Origin: a virus
Reading direction: 5' to 3' (one strand)
IMG/VR virus record: IMGVR_UViG_3300021379_000425
Coordinates: 21,253 to 85,252 of that record
Length of the DNA: 64,000 bases
Below the pieces are notes generated by a model. The model saw nothing but the letters and a program-made list of their open reading frames with translations, was not told the origin of the DNA and made no database searches. Numbering within the stretch: position 1 is the stretch's first letter; each line of letters begins with the position of its first letter. Below are positions 18,452 to 28,262 of this stretch, piece after piece. A program made the position numbers and the translations under genes.

Positions 18452-19575
18452 TCTCCTTGTTGTGTTACTCCTTTAAACCAATTATTAATGCTGATACTGT
18501 CAATTGAATTTTGGTACACTTTGTACTTACCTCTCAATATGTCTTGATGCATTTGTGAAGGTGTAGGTAAGGTTTCAACCTCAGCCTCACCTTTCAACTC
18601 TATTTTATTAGTACGCTCAAGAACTTCACTGTATTCTATTGTACTTGCGAATGAATCTGCATCTGCTTTGTCAATAAATGATTTAACAGTAATGTTCTTA
18701 GTCGAATTATTATGATGAGTGATGTTGTTCTTGGCGTAGTAACTGTATGTAGAGAACTCCATGTAACCTCTTGAAACGCTCATTTGCACATCGTATTGTG
18801 ATATGGTATTCTCATTACCCAGTGGCTTCCAGCCGTGAACAGGTGTTTGTAATCCGTAGTGGGTGTTGTATCTTAGCGGAGTGTACACCCAGCCGTTAAC
18901 TACATCACCCTCTTTTCTCACTTTACCAGTAGCAGAAATATGCTTAGTTCTTATCTCATTGAGCCAGCCCCAAGAGTTCCATTTGAATTTACGACCCCTG
19001 CCTTGAGTAACTTGTGTGACTGAGCCACCTCTTTTCATTCTGTTGAGAGAGTTGTTGATTTTCTTGAGTACATCTTTTTCATCAACTGAGTTGATGAGTG
19101 TACGCATGACTGGTTGAGCAAGGTCAAGGTCTACATCAATATTCATTGAAGTCCAATAGTAACTACCTTTGTAAGCAAGTCTAACTCGGTTGTTAGAATA
19201 ATCATGTGGTGAGATGTGTAACCTACTACTCCATCTTGATGTAGGATGGTTTCTGTGAATCATCTGTCCACCCTTGTCGTATACCCATGTGAGTACACCT
19301 TCAATCTTAGTAGTAGCAATCAGCCCAGCCTCAACCAAGTATGCAATCTTAGTGTGCCTGTTAATTAGTTCACTAGCAGTTGGTTCTGCTTCCATGCCCA
19401 ATGTAATCATGCTGTATCTAACTGCTGAATCCATTGCACAATGGTCGCCATACTTACCAGTCAGCATACCAATAGCAAGAGTATTGATTGCTTCGTCAGT
19501 AGTGAAGCCTACGCTATCACCAATCACTCCAAGTTCTTTCCATGTTTGTCCGTTTTCATATCCACTGTAATACAT
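18448..19575 (-). CDS. Hypothetical protein (375 aa)
   Basis: Long ORF downstream of promoter copy 4. Confidence 0.7.
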   Translation of the reverse strand: MYYSGYENGQTWKELGVIGDSVGFTTDEAINTLAIGMLTGKYGDHCAMDSAVRYSMITLGMEAEPTASELINRHTKIAYLVEAGLIATTKIEGVLTWVYDKGGQMIHRNHPTSRWSSRLHISPHDYSNNRVRLAYKGSYYWTSMNIDVDLDLAQPVMRTLINSVDEKDVLKKINNSLNRMKRGGSVTQVTQGRGRKFKWNSWGWLNEIRTKHISATGKVRKEGDVVNGWVYTPLRYNTHYGLQTPVHGWKPLGNENTISQYDVQMSVSRGYMEFSTYSYYAKNNITHHNNSTKNITVKSFIDKADADSFASTIEYSEVLERTNKIELKGEAEVETLPTPSQMHQDILRGKYKVYQNSIDSISINNWFKGVTQQGE

Positions 19576-19607
19576 TCTTTCACTTCCTTTTGTTTCATCT
19601 CTCTTTT

Positions 19608-19627
19608 CTTTATCAGTTTAAATAGTC
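19608..19627 (-). promoter_or_regulatory. Early promoter motif, copy 4
   Basis: Exact 20-bp match; identity with copy 2 extends over 36 bp. Confidence 0.75.
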
Positions 19628-19638
19628 AGTAATTAATT

Positions 19639-19935
19639 TCATTCAATCATCTCCATTTCGTCAAAGTCAAAGTTATCCCAAAGAGTATGACCTGCCCAGC
19701 ATACTCCCATTTCACTTATCATGTTATTATCGAGAAGTAGTTCTTTGTTCTCACACAATAAGGCATACATCTCTTCAACATTATCCATGATGTTTGAAAA
19801 GAACCCGTAATTATCAAGGTGTTCTATTGCGAATAAGTCCGCAAGTGTCCATGCTTCATCATTGACTTCAATGGGTGCTTCGTCTTCGTCTTTGAAGTTG
19901 CTTCGTAGTATTGATATTAGTTCTTCTTTGTTCAT
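19639..19935 (-). CDS. Acidic hypothetical protein (paralog of 23347-23643)
   Basis: MNKEELI...WTLADLFA...LLCENKELLLDNNMISE...LWDNFDFD. Confidence 0.65.
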   Translation of the reverse strand: MNKEELISILRSNFKDEDEAPIEVNDEAWTLADLFAIEHLDNYGFFSNIMDNVEEMYALLCENKELLLDNNMISEMGVCWAGHTLWDNFDFDEMEMIE

Positions 19936-19939
19936 TCTT

Positions 19940-20335
19940 TCATCTCCTAGTTAGATACCTTTCATCAATCCCTGTGAGGAATGACCTTATCTCCGCCTTA
20001 GTCATTTTTTCGGCTATCGACCATCCACCGACATACGAGCCATCATTAGGAATCCGACTCTTTACTGCATCCCATACGCATTCAGCCCAGTTCATACCGT
20101 AGGGTTCATCACGCCACTTGCCGTATGCGAAACCGTGGGCTACATCATAAGGGTTTAATCTCCATTCTTGGTCTTCCCACAAACTATCCGTCCATCCATT
20201 CACATAATCCCTAATCTCGGAATAAGGAAGATGCCATGTCAAAGTAACAAGGTGTTCTTCTTCCTCGCCTTCTGCTATTATGTGGTCTTTTCCATCTTCA
20301 AATATGAAATACATACTCTCTTTTTTGTTAGTCAT
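19940..20335 (-). CDS. Hypothetical protein
   Basis: 131-aa ORF. Confidence 0.55.
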   Translation of the reverse strand: MTNKKESMYFIFEDGKDHIIAEGEEEEHLVTLTWHLPYSEIRDYVNGWTDSLWEDQEWRLNPYDVAHGFAYGKWRDEPYGMNWAECVWDAVKSRIPNDGSYVGGWSIAEKMTKAEIRSFLTGIDERYLTRR

Positions 20336-20337
20336 TC

Positions 20338-20514
20338 TTAATCCTCCAATGGGATAACTTCTGTAATGTTACCACACATGGGGCAAAAGATACGGTCTGC
20401 TCCGTCACCGTATATGTCATCCCAAATGTATAACAGTTCTTTCAATAGTTCTTTCATTCCACCATTGCTTCCGCAATTGTTACATTTTATTTCATCTACA
20501 TCATCTGTTCTCAT
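20338..20514 (-). CDS. Small Zn-ribbon protein
   Basis: CNNCG...CPMCG. Confidence 0.55.
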   Translation of the reverse strand: MRTDDVDEIKCNNCGSNGGMKELLKELLYIWDDIYGDGADRIFCPMCGNITEVIPLED

Positions 20515-20789
20515 TCTTCTTCCTCCTTTCTTATCCATCCATCTTCTTCTGTGTATGTGTACAATTCTTTGAGAAGTATGTAACCATCCTGTTCAACATA
20601 CTCATCGGGTAATGGTTCGTACAAATCAATCAGCCGATAGTCGTCAAGACACACATTGTAATTTTCAACACCATCCCAAAGAGCATTGCCACTTAGAACC
20701 ATTTCTATCAATTGTTCTTTGCTGTATTTTCGATACTCTTTTTTCCTTTTCTCGATGTATTCTAATTTCTTTCTTGTTTCTTCCTTCAT
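20511..20789 (-). CDS. Hypothetical protein
   Basis: Coupled to the helicase. Confidence 0.55.
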   Translation of the reverse strand: MKEETRKKLEYIEKRKKEYRKYSKEQLIEMVLSGNALWDGVENYNVCLDDYRLIDLYEPLPDEYVEQDGYILLKELYTYTEEDGWIRKEEEE

Positions 20790-23350
20790 GCTTTCACCTT
20801 CTTTATCTTTCCAAAGTCAGCAGGTAAGTCACCTGCATCAATCATTGATTCAATCAATGCTTTGGCAATACCTTCTCTTTGTCCGATGTCGCCTCCATCT
20901 AGTACTGCCTTGACGACCCTTCTTTTCTGCTCTACAACATAGTCAAACTTCTCGTCAATGGTCTTAGCCACTGAGAGATAGACTGCGTGTACTGATTGTG
21001 ATTCTTGACCGATACGGTTGACTCTATCTTCTGCTTGCTCTTCCCATGCAGGAGTCCATTCTCTCTCAACGAAGAGAACTGTATCGGCTGATGTGAGTGT
21101 GATACCTTCCTTAGCGGCTACCGTAGCGCATACGATAACATCTAACTTGTTTGCTTGGAATGCCTCAACCATTTGCTGACGCTTCTCGGCTGATTGCTCC
21201 CCAACGATTACACCAACTCTCAAGTTGGTTTCTTTCAGTTGAAGTGTGATGCCCTTGAGTACATCTCGATGATGTGCAAAGACAACGATGGGCTTACTAG
21301 TGATGTTGTTGTACTCCTTGATGTAGTCAACTGCTGAATCAACTTTGATGAGTCCACATTCATGCCTCAACGCTGTAAGCATGTTCAACACGAATCCCTT
21401 TGGAATGCTACCTTCTCTTGCATACATCTCGTAGTCTTCAAGCCATGCTCGATGAAGGTCATTGTATCTCTTGAGGTTGGTCTTGCTTGGTTGCACTGTA
21501 TTGATTGTCCTTACCTTGTCGGGTAGTTCATCCAGTACCTCTTTCTTGAGCCTACGAATACAGAAGTCTCTTGTTCTATGATGCAACTCTTCTGTGTTGC
21601 TTGCACCGTTGAAATCCCAGCCAAAGCCAGTCTGTTGTCCGTCACAGTATGTGATACCGTAGTTGAAGAATGAAGGGAATTCATTCGGTCTAAGTAAGTT
21701 GAGTGTAGTGAAGAACTCGTTTGGTCTGTTGGTTATCGCAGTACCACTCAAGCAAAGGATGTGTTCCGATGCTTGAGCAATCTCAAGGGTTGCCTGTGTT
21801 CTTTGTGCCTTACTGTTCTTGAGATAGTGCGACTCGTCACAGACTACAATGTTGAATCCATAGTCAAGCAATTGTTCCATTCTACCCTTGATGATGTCGT
21901 AGTTACATACAATGATGTCAGCCTGTGGCATTGCACCTTTACGCCCTTCCAGTACCTCAGCAGTGAGGCTAGGCATCCATGCTTGACACTCCTTCTTCCA
22001 GTTGTACTTGACAGAAGCAGGTGCGACAATGAGGGCAGGTAACTTGTCAGTGTTGAGTGCGATGTGTGCAATGGCTTGGATAGTCTTTCCAACTCCCATG
22101 TCATCACCAATCAAACATCTTCCACCAGCCAATTCAGCAAAGCGAACACCGACATACTGGAACGGGTATAACTGACGGTCATCGGGGAATACCTTCGACA
22201 GTTTGGCATCCATTTGAGCAATCAGTTCTTCATCAGCCAGTGCCGATGCACCACTGATAGCGATTCGCTGACCTCTCTCTTCCATGTATGTACCGATTTG
22301 CGGAATGTCCTCAAGCATCTCGTACAAGTCATAGAGAACAGTGTTAGTGTTGTCGTTAGTGTACGCTTGCTCAAGTCTATCCATGAAAGCACCAGCCTCG
22401 CCAATTGAGATAGACCATGTTTTCTTGTTTGGATTGTATTTCCGCCCTTGCGTATCTTTGATTAGAGCAATAAGTCTCTCGTTGTATGGGAAAGCCATCT
22501 CTAGTGATGTACCCTTGAGTTCAACTGCCATGACAACCTCTTCCTTCTTTGGCTTCGCAGTACCACTTTCAGTAGTTTGTTGCACACTGGCTAGAGTGGT
22601 AGGACATGCCCAGTATTTTGTTCCCGAATAAATCAACTCCACAGCCCTCGCCAGTACACTATCATCATTCTGTAATGTCCACAGTTTGCGTGTGCCATCA
22701 TACTTACACGCAGGGAATCCCAGTCTACTCTTGAGCAAGTTGTTCACCTGCGGGTCATACGGATAGTGTAGTGCAATTCTTTTACTGGTGAATTCTTTTC
22801 CGTACCTGTTAGTCCATACATCATCCACGCATGAGAATCTAATCAGCATACTGCTCGGTGGTTTCCACTCGGCTACCTTCTGTTCCATCAATGCTCTCGC
22901 CTCATCAACCTCGATGTCGAATGCTTCTGCAACTCTAAGCAAGTTCTTCTCATCGTATCTTACTTCCAACTTTTTGTTCAGTCTTCTTTCTGTGGCGTGC
23001 CATAGTACATGTTGTCTTTTCTTCTCAGCCTCTTGCTTGGCGTGAAGGATTGCTTGCTGTTGCTCATACACACGCTTGGCTTCTTCGCCTTCTTTCTTTA
23101 GTCGTGAAATAAATTCAAGGGCATCGTCATCCAGTCCTGCATCCTGCAAGAGTGTAGGCAGTTGTGTGTTACGATACTTGTAGAATCTCTCGCTTGCTTC
23201 AACCATGTCTTTCATATCAAGAGTGTCTTGATGCGCCAGCCTGTTGAAGAAAGGATAGTCAGGTTTGTTTGCACCAGTATCATCCTTGTGGTCGGGCGCA
23301 CCATATCCTACAAAGGTGCGAATCATCTTGTGTAGTTTTAGTTCATTCAT
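20786..23350 (-). CDS. SNF2-family helicase with HARP-like domains (SMARCAL1-like annealing helicase)
   Basis: LYPFQ, GDDMGVGKT, DESH, LSGTA and QAEDRVNRIGQ; two N-terminal (F/Y)PY...KY...K.W repeats. Confidence 0.9.
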   Translation of the reverse strand: MNELKLHKMIRTFVGYGAPDHKDDTGANKPDYPFFNRLAHQDTLDMKDMVEASERFYKYRNTQLPTLLQDAGLDDDALEFISRLKKEGEEAKRVYEQQQAILHAKQEAEKKRQHVLWHATERRLNKKLEVRYDEKNLLRVAEAFDIEVDEARALMEQKVAEWKPPSSMLIRFSCVDDVWTNRYGKEFTSKRIALHYPYDPQVNNLLKSRLGFPACKYDGTRKLWTLQNDDSVLARAVELIYSGTKYWACPTTLASVQQTTESGTAKPKKEEVVMAVELKGTSLEMAFPYNERLIALIKDTQGRKYNPNKKTWSISIGEAGAFMDRLEQAYTNDNTNTVLYDLYEMLEDIPQIGTYMEERGQRIAISGASALADEELIAQMDAKLSKVFPDDRQLYPFQYVGVRFAELAGGRCLIGDDMGVGKTIQAIAHIALNTDKLPALIVAPASVKYNWKKECQAWMPSLTAEVLEGRKGAMPQADIIVCNYDIIKGRMEQLLDYGFNIVVCDESHYLKNSKAQRTQATLEIAQASEHILCLSGTAITNRPNEFFTTLNLLRPNEFPSFFNYGITYCDGQQTGFGWDFNGASNTEELHHRTRDFCIRRLKKEVLDELPDKVRTINTVQPSKTNLKRYNDLHRAWLEDYEMYAREGSIPKGFVLNMLTALRHECGLIKVDSAVDYIKEYNNITSKPIVVFAHHRDVLKGITLQLKETNLRVGVIVGEQSAEKRQQMVEAFQANKLDVIVCATVAAKEGITLTSADTVLFVEREWTPAWEEQAEDRVNRIGQESQSVHAVYLSVAKTIDEKFDYVVEQKRRVVKAVLDGGDIGQREGIAKALIESMIDAGDLPADFGKIKKVKA

Positions 23351-23643
23351 TCAATCAACTCCATTTTGTAGTATAAGTCAAAGTCAAAGTTATCCCAAAG
23401 AGGATAGCCCGAATTGTTTCTTGCCGATTCACTTATCATGTTGTTGTCGAGAAGTAGTTCTTTGTTCTCGCACAACAAAACATACATCGCTTTAACATCT
23501 GTCATGTAAAATCCATCACAGGCATTGTTTAGGTACTGTCGTGCGAACAAGTCAGCGAGTGTCCACTGTTCATCATTCACCTCAATAGGTGCTTCATCAT
23601 CATAGTTGCTTTGTAATGTTTTTATTAGTTCTTCTTTGTTCAT
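23347..23643 (-). CDS. Acidic hypothetical protein (paralog of 19639-19935)
   Basis: High similarity to the copy at 19639. Confidence 0.65.
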   Translation of the reverse strand: MNKEELIKTLQSNYDDEAPIEVNDEQWTLADLFARQYLNNACDGFYMTDVKAMYVLLCENKELLLDNNMISESARNNSGYPLWDNFDFDLYYKMELIE

Positions 23644-23831
23644 TCAATCATCTCCCTGTGTTGTTCATGGAAGTCGGGTACAAGTGAATGCTTGATATTG
23701 CTAAGGCACTCCATCGCTTTCATCACATCTGTATCGTAACCATGTAATCCATCATCAAGCATCCTAGTAGATACACCAAATATCTTCCAAAGGATGTCAT
23801 TGATTTCTATTGCATGTTTCATTTCATTCAT
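23640..23831 (-). CDS. Hypothetical protein
   Basis: Start refined to MNEMKH. Confidence 0.5.
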   Translation of the reverse strand: MNEMKHAIEINDILWKIFGVSTRMLDDGLHGYDTDVMKAMECLSNIKHSLVPDFHEQHREMIE

Positions 23832-24012
23832 ATGTATCACCGTGTTGGAACTCACTCTCCTTCTGTCTGTCTCTAGCATCCACAAGTGTTCTGTTGTAGT
23901 TGCCTATTGAATCCATTATCTCTCTTAGGTTAGTCATGCTCAGGTCATTCCTGTCCAGCCACCTAAGCACATATATTGCTAGTTGTTGTGTATCATCATT
24001 CATTGTTATCAC
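23824..24012 (-). CDS. Hypothetical protein
   Basis: Directly downstream of promoter copy 5. Confidence 0.5.
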   Translation of the reverse strand: MITMNDDTQQLAIYVLRWLDRNDLSMTNLREIMDSIGNYNRTLVDARDRQKESEFQHGDTYE

Positions 24013-24021
24013 TTCTCAATT

Positions 24022-24041
24022 CTTTATCAGTTTAAATAGTC
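24022..24041 (-). promoter_or_regulatory. Early promoter motif, copy 5
   Basis: Exact 20-bp match. Confidence 0.75.
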
Positions 24042-24042
24042 T

Positions 24043-24246
24043 TCATTCTTCTTCATCGTTTTTGGTAGGATTGACATGCCAGTACTCTTCACTGTCTTGT
24101 AAGTCATCTTCATTCACTTCCTCAATGTAATGTGCTTCACGCCATTCTTCATCGTGTGAATCATAGTGTGCCTTTGCTTCTTTGTAGGTAGCAAACGGGC
24201 CATCGGACTCTCCACTCTTGATGTGTGTTACCATGTACTCAATCAC
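24043..24246 (-). CDS. Small acidic hypothetical protein
   Basis: GPFATYKEA motif; coupled. Confidence 0.55.
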   Translation of the reverse strand: MIEYMVTHIKSGESDGPFATYKEAKAHYDSHDEEWREAHYIEEVNEDDLQDSEEYWHVNPTKNDEEE

Positions 24247-25400
24247 TGTTCTTCCTCCTTGATGTTCTTGTCACCGTATGCACACTCACCGCAGATGAAT
24301 TCCTTCTCGGTCTTATCCCACATAGTAATCTCAATGTTGTCTTTCATCTGCTTGCACTCGGAACATTGCACAGTTGTGTAGTCGAACTTGATTTTGTTCT
24401 GTGATGCAACACACTGTATGCAAGTACCCGACTGATAGATACCATCAATGATGTTGATTGTTTCGGGAGTCATGTCATCTCGGTAGTCCTTCTCGTCACC
24501 GCATGTGTCACAGTAGGTTGTACCACTAGGCAACTCGAAGTAGTCACAGGCTGAACAGTGAGTCTTGTCAGCCATAGGAGATTTACAACAAGGGCATTTA
24601 CCATAGTTGTCAAACAGTATGTCCATACCATCATCGTAATACTCTTCTTCAAATTCAAGGTAATCGTCAAAGGTATAAACAAAATCATCTATACCAGTGG
24701 TGGCTTTGGGAAAATTTGTATCACCGCCCCACTTAGAACCGATAGTCATGTCACCGACAGGCAACTGACACACATCAGCAATGTACTGCAACTGTGCTTG
24801 AGTCTCAACTGCATGATGACAATAGACATCACGAACCCAACGCACGATGTCACTGGCTGAGTTGTAGTCGCCACGCTTGTCATCGCATAGAAGGTAGCGA
24901 AGGATAGACAACTGAACACCAGTACGACCATGACCGCCAGCACACTGAGTAGAGATAGTCTTGATACCATGAACACGGATGTCACGAGTAAGTGCATACC
25001 AAAACTCAGCACCACTAGCAGGGATACCAAAGTCGGGGAAGTCAAGGTGTATGAACAGTGGGTCTTTGGGTGGCTGAACAATAGCGTCAGCGCAAGACCA
25101 ACCATCGGGTACAGTAGTCTCGTCAGCGATAGCAGTTTTGGACTTGCCCCATGCAGTCATAGTTTCACTAGCACCAATGGAGAGGTCGGGCAGTGGAGTC
25201 ATAGTCCACCAGCCACCTTGTCTGTTACGACCACCGCCATGTACAGTGATGCCGTCATGTGTAGTGAACACGACTGGCATACCAGTGTGGCATTGTGGTT
25301 TAGGTTCGTATGGTTTCTTCATATTGTTCACCTTAGTTTTCTTGTTAGTCCATTTGTGTAGTTTCGTTTGTTGTTTCTTTATCTTGTTCTTCTTTCCCAT
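24243..25400 (-). CDS. PTP-fold phosphatase with C-terminal Zn ribbons
   Basis: FPDFGIP (WPD-loop-like), QCAGGHGRTG P-loop and AVETQAQ (Q-loop); several CxxC. Confidence 0.85.
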   Translation of the reverse strand: MGKKNKIKKQQTKLHKWTNKKTKVNNMKKPYEPKPQCHTGMPVVFTTHDGITVHGGGRNRQGGWWTMTPLPDLSIGASETMTAWGKSKTAIADETTVPDGWSCADAIVQPPKDPLFIHLDFPDFGIPASGAEFWYALTRDIRVHGIKTISTQCAGGHGRTGVQLSILRYLLCDDKRGDYNSASDIVRWVRDVYCHHAVETQAQLQYIADVCQLPVGDMTIGSKWGGDTNFPKATTGIDDFVYTFDDYLEFEEEYYDDGMDILFDNYGKCPCCKSPMADKTHCSACDYFELPSGTTYCDTCGDEKDYRDDMTPETINIIDGIYQSGTCIQCVASQNKIKFDYTTVQCSECKQMKDNIEITMWDKTEKEFICGECAYGDKNIKEEEQ

Positions 25401-25402
25401 GT

Positions 25403-27700
25403 TTATTCCTCCATCACTGACGAGACTATTTTGCTTTGTATGTACTTAGCGAACTCAGTGAAGAGTTGCCAAAGTGTAAGGCTAGTTTCTTCAATACCAC
25501 TAAGGTATTCTTTAGCGTGTTTTGTTAGTTTGTTGTAGAGTAGTAAATCCTTTTGAGTCATGTTGACAATACCTGTGCTGATGTATGTAGCATTGCTAGT
25601 TGTCAACCACTGCGGGTTGTGCATACAATACTCATTAGCAAAGGCAAGGAAGTATGGATTAGGTTCACCGTATGCTTCCCTAAACTTAACGACCTTCTCT
25701 TCCGACTCAGGCTTAGGTAGAGTGAGACTTGTATCTTCGTGGTACGCAGTAGCCATGTGAGATGGTGATGCTTCAACTTGCTTCTTCTTCTCCGTATGAC
25801 AGATAGGACAGTTCTCGACACCACACATGATGTGCTTCTGCCCTACCGTCTGTGGTGGATGTCGGAAGCCTTGAGTAAGTACATCCCTGTATGTAGCAAG
25901 GAATGGTGTAACCTCACCAGTCTTGGTGAACTTCTTCACGCTGTCAAAGATAGGTTGAATGGAATGGAGAGCAGGCAATGGTTCGTTGCCAATGTGTTGC
26001 TCGTAGACATCCATAGCAACTGCGTATATCTTGAAGAACATGTTAGGCTCTACTTGTATATTGTTCGGGTCAGTACCCCAGTCAATTGCTTTCTTATCCA
26101 TGAACTTGTTGAAGAAGAAACCATTGTTGTGTACTGCATGTTCAAGTGCGTTGGCTTTGTCAATGAGTGTCATGAGATTGTCACGGCTACCATCAGCCCA
26201 GTAGTCCTTGAGTGCATCAATCGCTTCGATGCCCATGCGAACAGTCTTGGAGTATGCCTTACCACCGTAGCCACTAGACCATTGTAAGTTGAACACTTGG
26301 TCTAGCATCTGCATCATGAAGTCCATTGACTCGCAATCAAGTGGCTTGCCCTCGATGTTGAGATAGTATGATTGTCTCTCATGCATAGAGCGAGAGTGTA
26401 TCTCACTCCACTCAGTATCGTAAGCATAACGAGCGAGTGCATATGGTATGAAGTTAGAGCCAGTAGTCCTTGACTTAGCGTGGCGTAACTCACCGAGAGA
26501 TACTGCGTAAGTCGCTTGGATAATCCAGCCAACGAATGCACCACCGAGCAGTGCAATGGTTTGTGGTTCAGCAGTAGGTCCACCTGCATACTGATGGAAT
26601 GGATTGGATAGGTAGCCATGTTGTCTAGCGAATCTTCGATAGCCAATCTGCAAGCCAGCATCGAACTGTTCCTTGAAGTCATAAGGGTCGTAAGGTTGTG
26701 GCTCGTATGTACCATCATTGTCAAGGACAACCCAGCCAGCCGCCGCCTGTGTCCACTGCTGACCGACCTCGACATCAAGTGATGCAATGTATGGAACATT
26801 GTACTTGAGACACTGTGTTGCATGATGGGATAGGTGAGTGCCGTTGTTGTGACACACCACTGAACCATCGGGCATACCATTACGAAGTGCCTCTTCCATC
26901 TTGTCTAGTTGTTCTTCACTTGAGTCCTCGACTAAGTGAATATGTTTGACTGTGATTCTGTCAACACCATGAAATGTACCACTGATTGTCACACCCGCAG
27001 GAGCAGGAACAATAGGTTGTACACCATCACAACCACGCAGTTGCACGAGGTAGGACAGTGGCTCAACGAGTGATGACCTTCTAGTATTCTTGTCGCTTAT
27101 AGAAGCAACGAACTCCAACTGAATGTTTTCGGGTGTGAGATTCATTTGCTCGAAGTCATGGTTGATGTTGGTATCCTTGCCTTGTGCAAGTGGGATAGCA
27201 AACTTGAGTCCATCCTTACCAGCAGTGATACCATTGTTGTCACGCCCCATGTAGATGTAGTTGTTAGGTGCAACTACGGCTGATGCGAATGCATCAATGT
27301 AAGGCATAGCAATGATACAACCATTGGGGTCAGTGAACCCATGCTCGTACTCCTTGACTGCTGACTGGTCTTCGCCTAGCATACACTCGGCAATGTTGAG
27401 GACAGCATCCTTGTACTCCTGTTCATTGTGTACTGCAACAGACTCAAGCACACCCGCACGAGGGTTGAGTGGACAAGCACGAATGAACTGTGGGAAGTTG
27501 ACCCACTCGAAAACCATATCATGTAGTGTGTATGCCAGTGCTGTGTACGCATCTTGACAAGTCTGTTCTGTGACCTCACCCACTACGAGGTCGAACCTCT
27601 TAGTCTCAGGTACATTCCAGTTAGTCCAACTGTTGTAGTCGCTCTTCAATGCGTTGTATGTTTCTAATGCTTTTGCTTTTTGACTCATCATTGTTATCAT
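25403..27700 (-). CDS. PEP-utilizing enzyme-like protein (ATP-grasp-like N-terminus plus phospho-His swivel domain)
   Basis: SQKAKAL...FIRACP...AGVLES, LVQLR and GTHLSHHATQCLKYNVPY (cf. GGxxSHAAIxARExGIP). Confidence 0.6.
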   Translation of the reverse strand: MITMMSQKAKALETYNALKSDYNSWTNWNVPETKRFDLVVGEVTEQTCQDAYTALAYTLHDMVFEWVNFPQFIRACPLNPRAGVLESVAVHNEQEYKDAVLNIAECMLGEDQSAVKEYEHGFTDPNGCIIAMPYIDAFASAVVAPNNYIYMGRDNNGITAGKDGLKFAIPLAQGKDTNINHDFEQMNLTPENIQLEFVASISDKNTRRSSLVEPLSYLVQLRGCDGVQPIVPAPAGVTISGTFHGVDRITVKHIHLVEDSSEEQLDKMEEALRNGMPDGSVVCHNNGTHLSHHATQCLKYNVPYIASLDVEVGQQWTQAAAGWVVLDNDGTYEPQPYDPYDFKEQFDAGLQIGYRRFARQHGYLSNPFHQYAGGPTAEPQTIALLGGAFVGWIIQATYAVSLGELRHAKSRTTGSNFIPYALARYAYDTEWSEIHSRSMHERQSYYLNIEGKPLDCESMDFMMQMLDQVFNLQWSSGYGGKAYSKTVRMGIEAIDALKDYWADGSRDNLMTLIDKANALEHAVHNNGFFFNKFMDKKAIDWGTDPNNIQVEPNMFFKIYAVAMDVYEQHIGNEPLPALHSIQPIFDSVKKFTKTGEVTPFLATYRDVLTQGFRHPPQTVGQKHIMCGVENCPICHTEKKKQVEASPSHMATAYHEDTSLTLPKPESEEKVVKFREAYGEPNPYFLAFANEYCMHNPQWLTTSNATYISTGIVNMTQKDLLLYNKLTKHAKEYLSGIEETSLTLWQLFTEFAKYIQSKIVSSVMEE

Positions 27701-27709
27701 CTCTCAATT

Positions 27710-27729
27710 CTTTAGTAGTTTAAATAGTC
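27710..27729 (-). promoter_or_regulatory. Early promoter motif, copy 6
   Basis: CTTTAGTAGTTTAAATAGTC (2 mismatches). Confidence 0.7.
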
Positions 27730-27730
27730 C

Positions 27731-27913
27731 TCAATTCTCAAAGGCTTTCTCTCTCATGTATGCTTCGTGGTTCTGTGATAGGAAATCCTTGATGGCTTCT
27801 TCCCTGCTGTAACCAATGTAGAACTTGTCTGTATAGAAGCCCTCGATTATATCACTCACTAGGTATGCCCCATGTTTTTCTTTTACCGTTATTCTATCTC
27901 TTGCGTATGTCAT
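27731..27913 (-). CDS. Hypothetical protein
   Basis: GAYLVSDI...FYIGYSREEAIKDF. Confidence 0.55.
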   Translation of the reverse strand: MTYARDRITVKEKHGAYLVSDIIEGFYTDKFYIGYSREEAIKDFLSQNHEAYMREKAFEN

Positions 27914-28080
27914 TCTTCATCATCTCCCCAGTATTGTAGTCTCTTTCTTCCAGCAGGTAGGCTTGTTATTTTCTTCACTAATTCTTCTCTATTTACTTTA
28001 TAGGATTGTAAATACCACATGCAATTAACAATGTAATCTATTTCATCCTGTGATATTATTATCCAATCTGCGTCAGTCAT
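27910..28080 (-). CDS. Hypothetical protein (56 aa)
   Basis: Manual translation MTDADWIIISQ...WGDDEE; ATGA overlaps. Confidence 0.5.
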   Translation of the reverse strand: MTDADWIIISQDEIDYIVNCMWYLQSYKVNREELVKKITSLPAGRKRLQYWGDDEE

Positions 28081-28256
28081 TCTTCATCCCTCCATATCTT
28101 AGGGTATCTGTCGTGTCCTACACAAACACAACATAGTGAAACAGATTTCATATCGTAGTTGTTTAGATAGTCTTCTTTGTCATCGTTACCATTGGGTACA
28201 CAGACCTCGACTTCAATGAGTTCGCCTAGACTTTGCTTACAATAATCGCAGTTCAT
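28077..28256 (-). CDS. Small Cys-rich protein (59 aa)
   Basis: Manual translation MNCDYCKQ...LCCVCVG...WRDEE. Confidence 0.5.
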   Translation of the reverse strand: MNCDYCKQSLGELIEVEVCVPNGNDDKEDYLNNYDMKSVSLCCVCVGHDRYPKIWRDEE

Positions 28257-28262
28257 TCTTCA

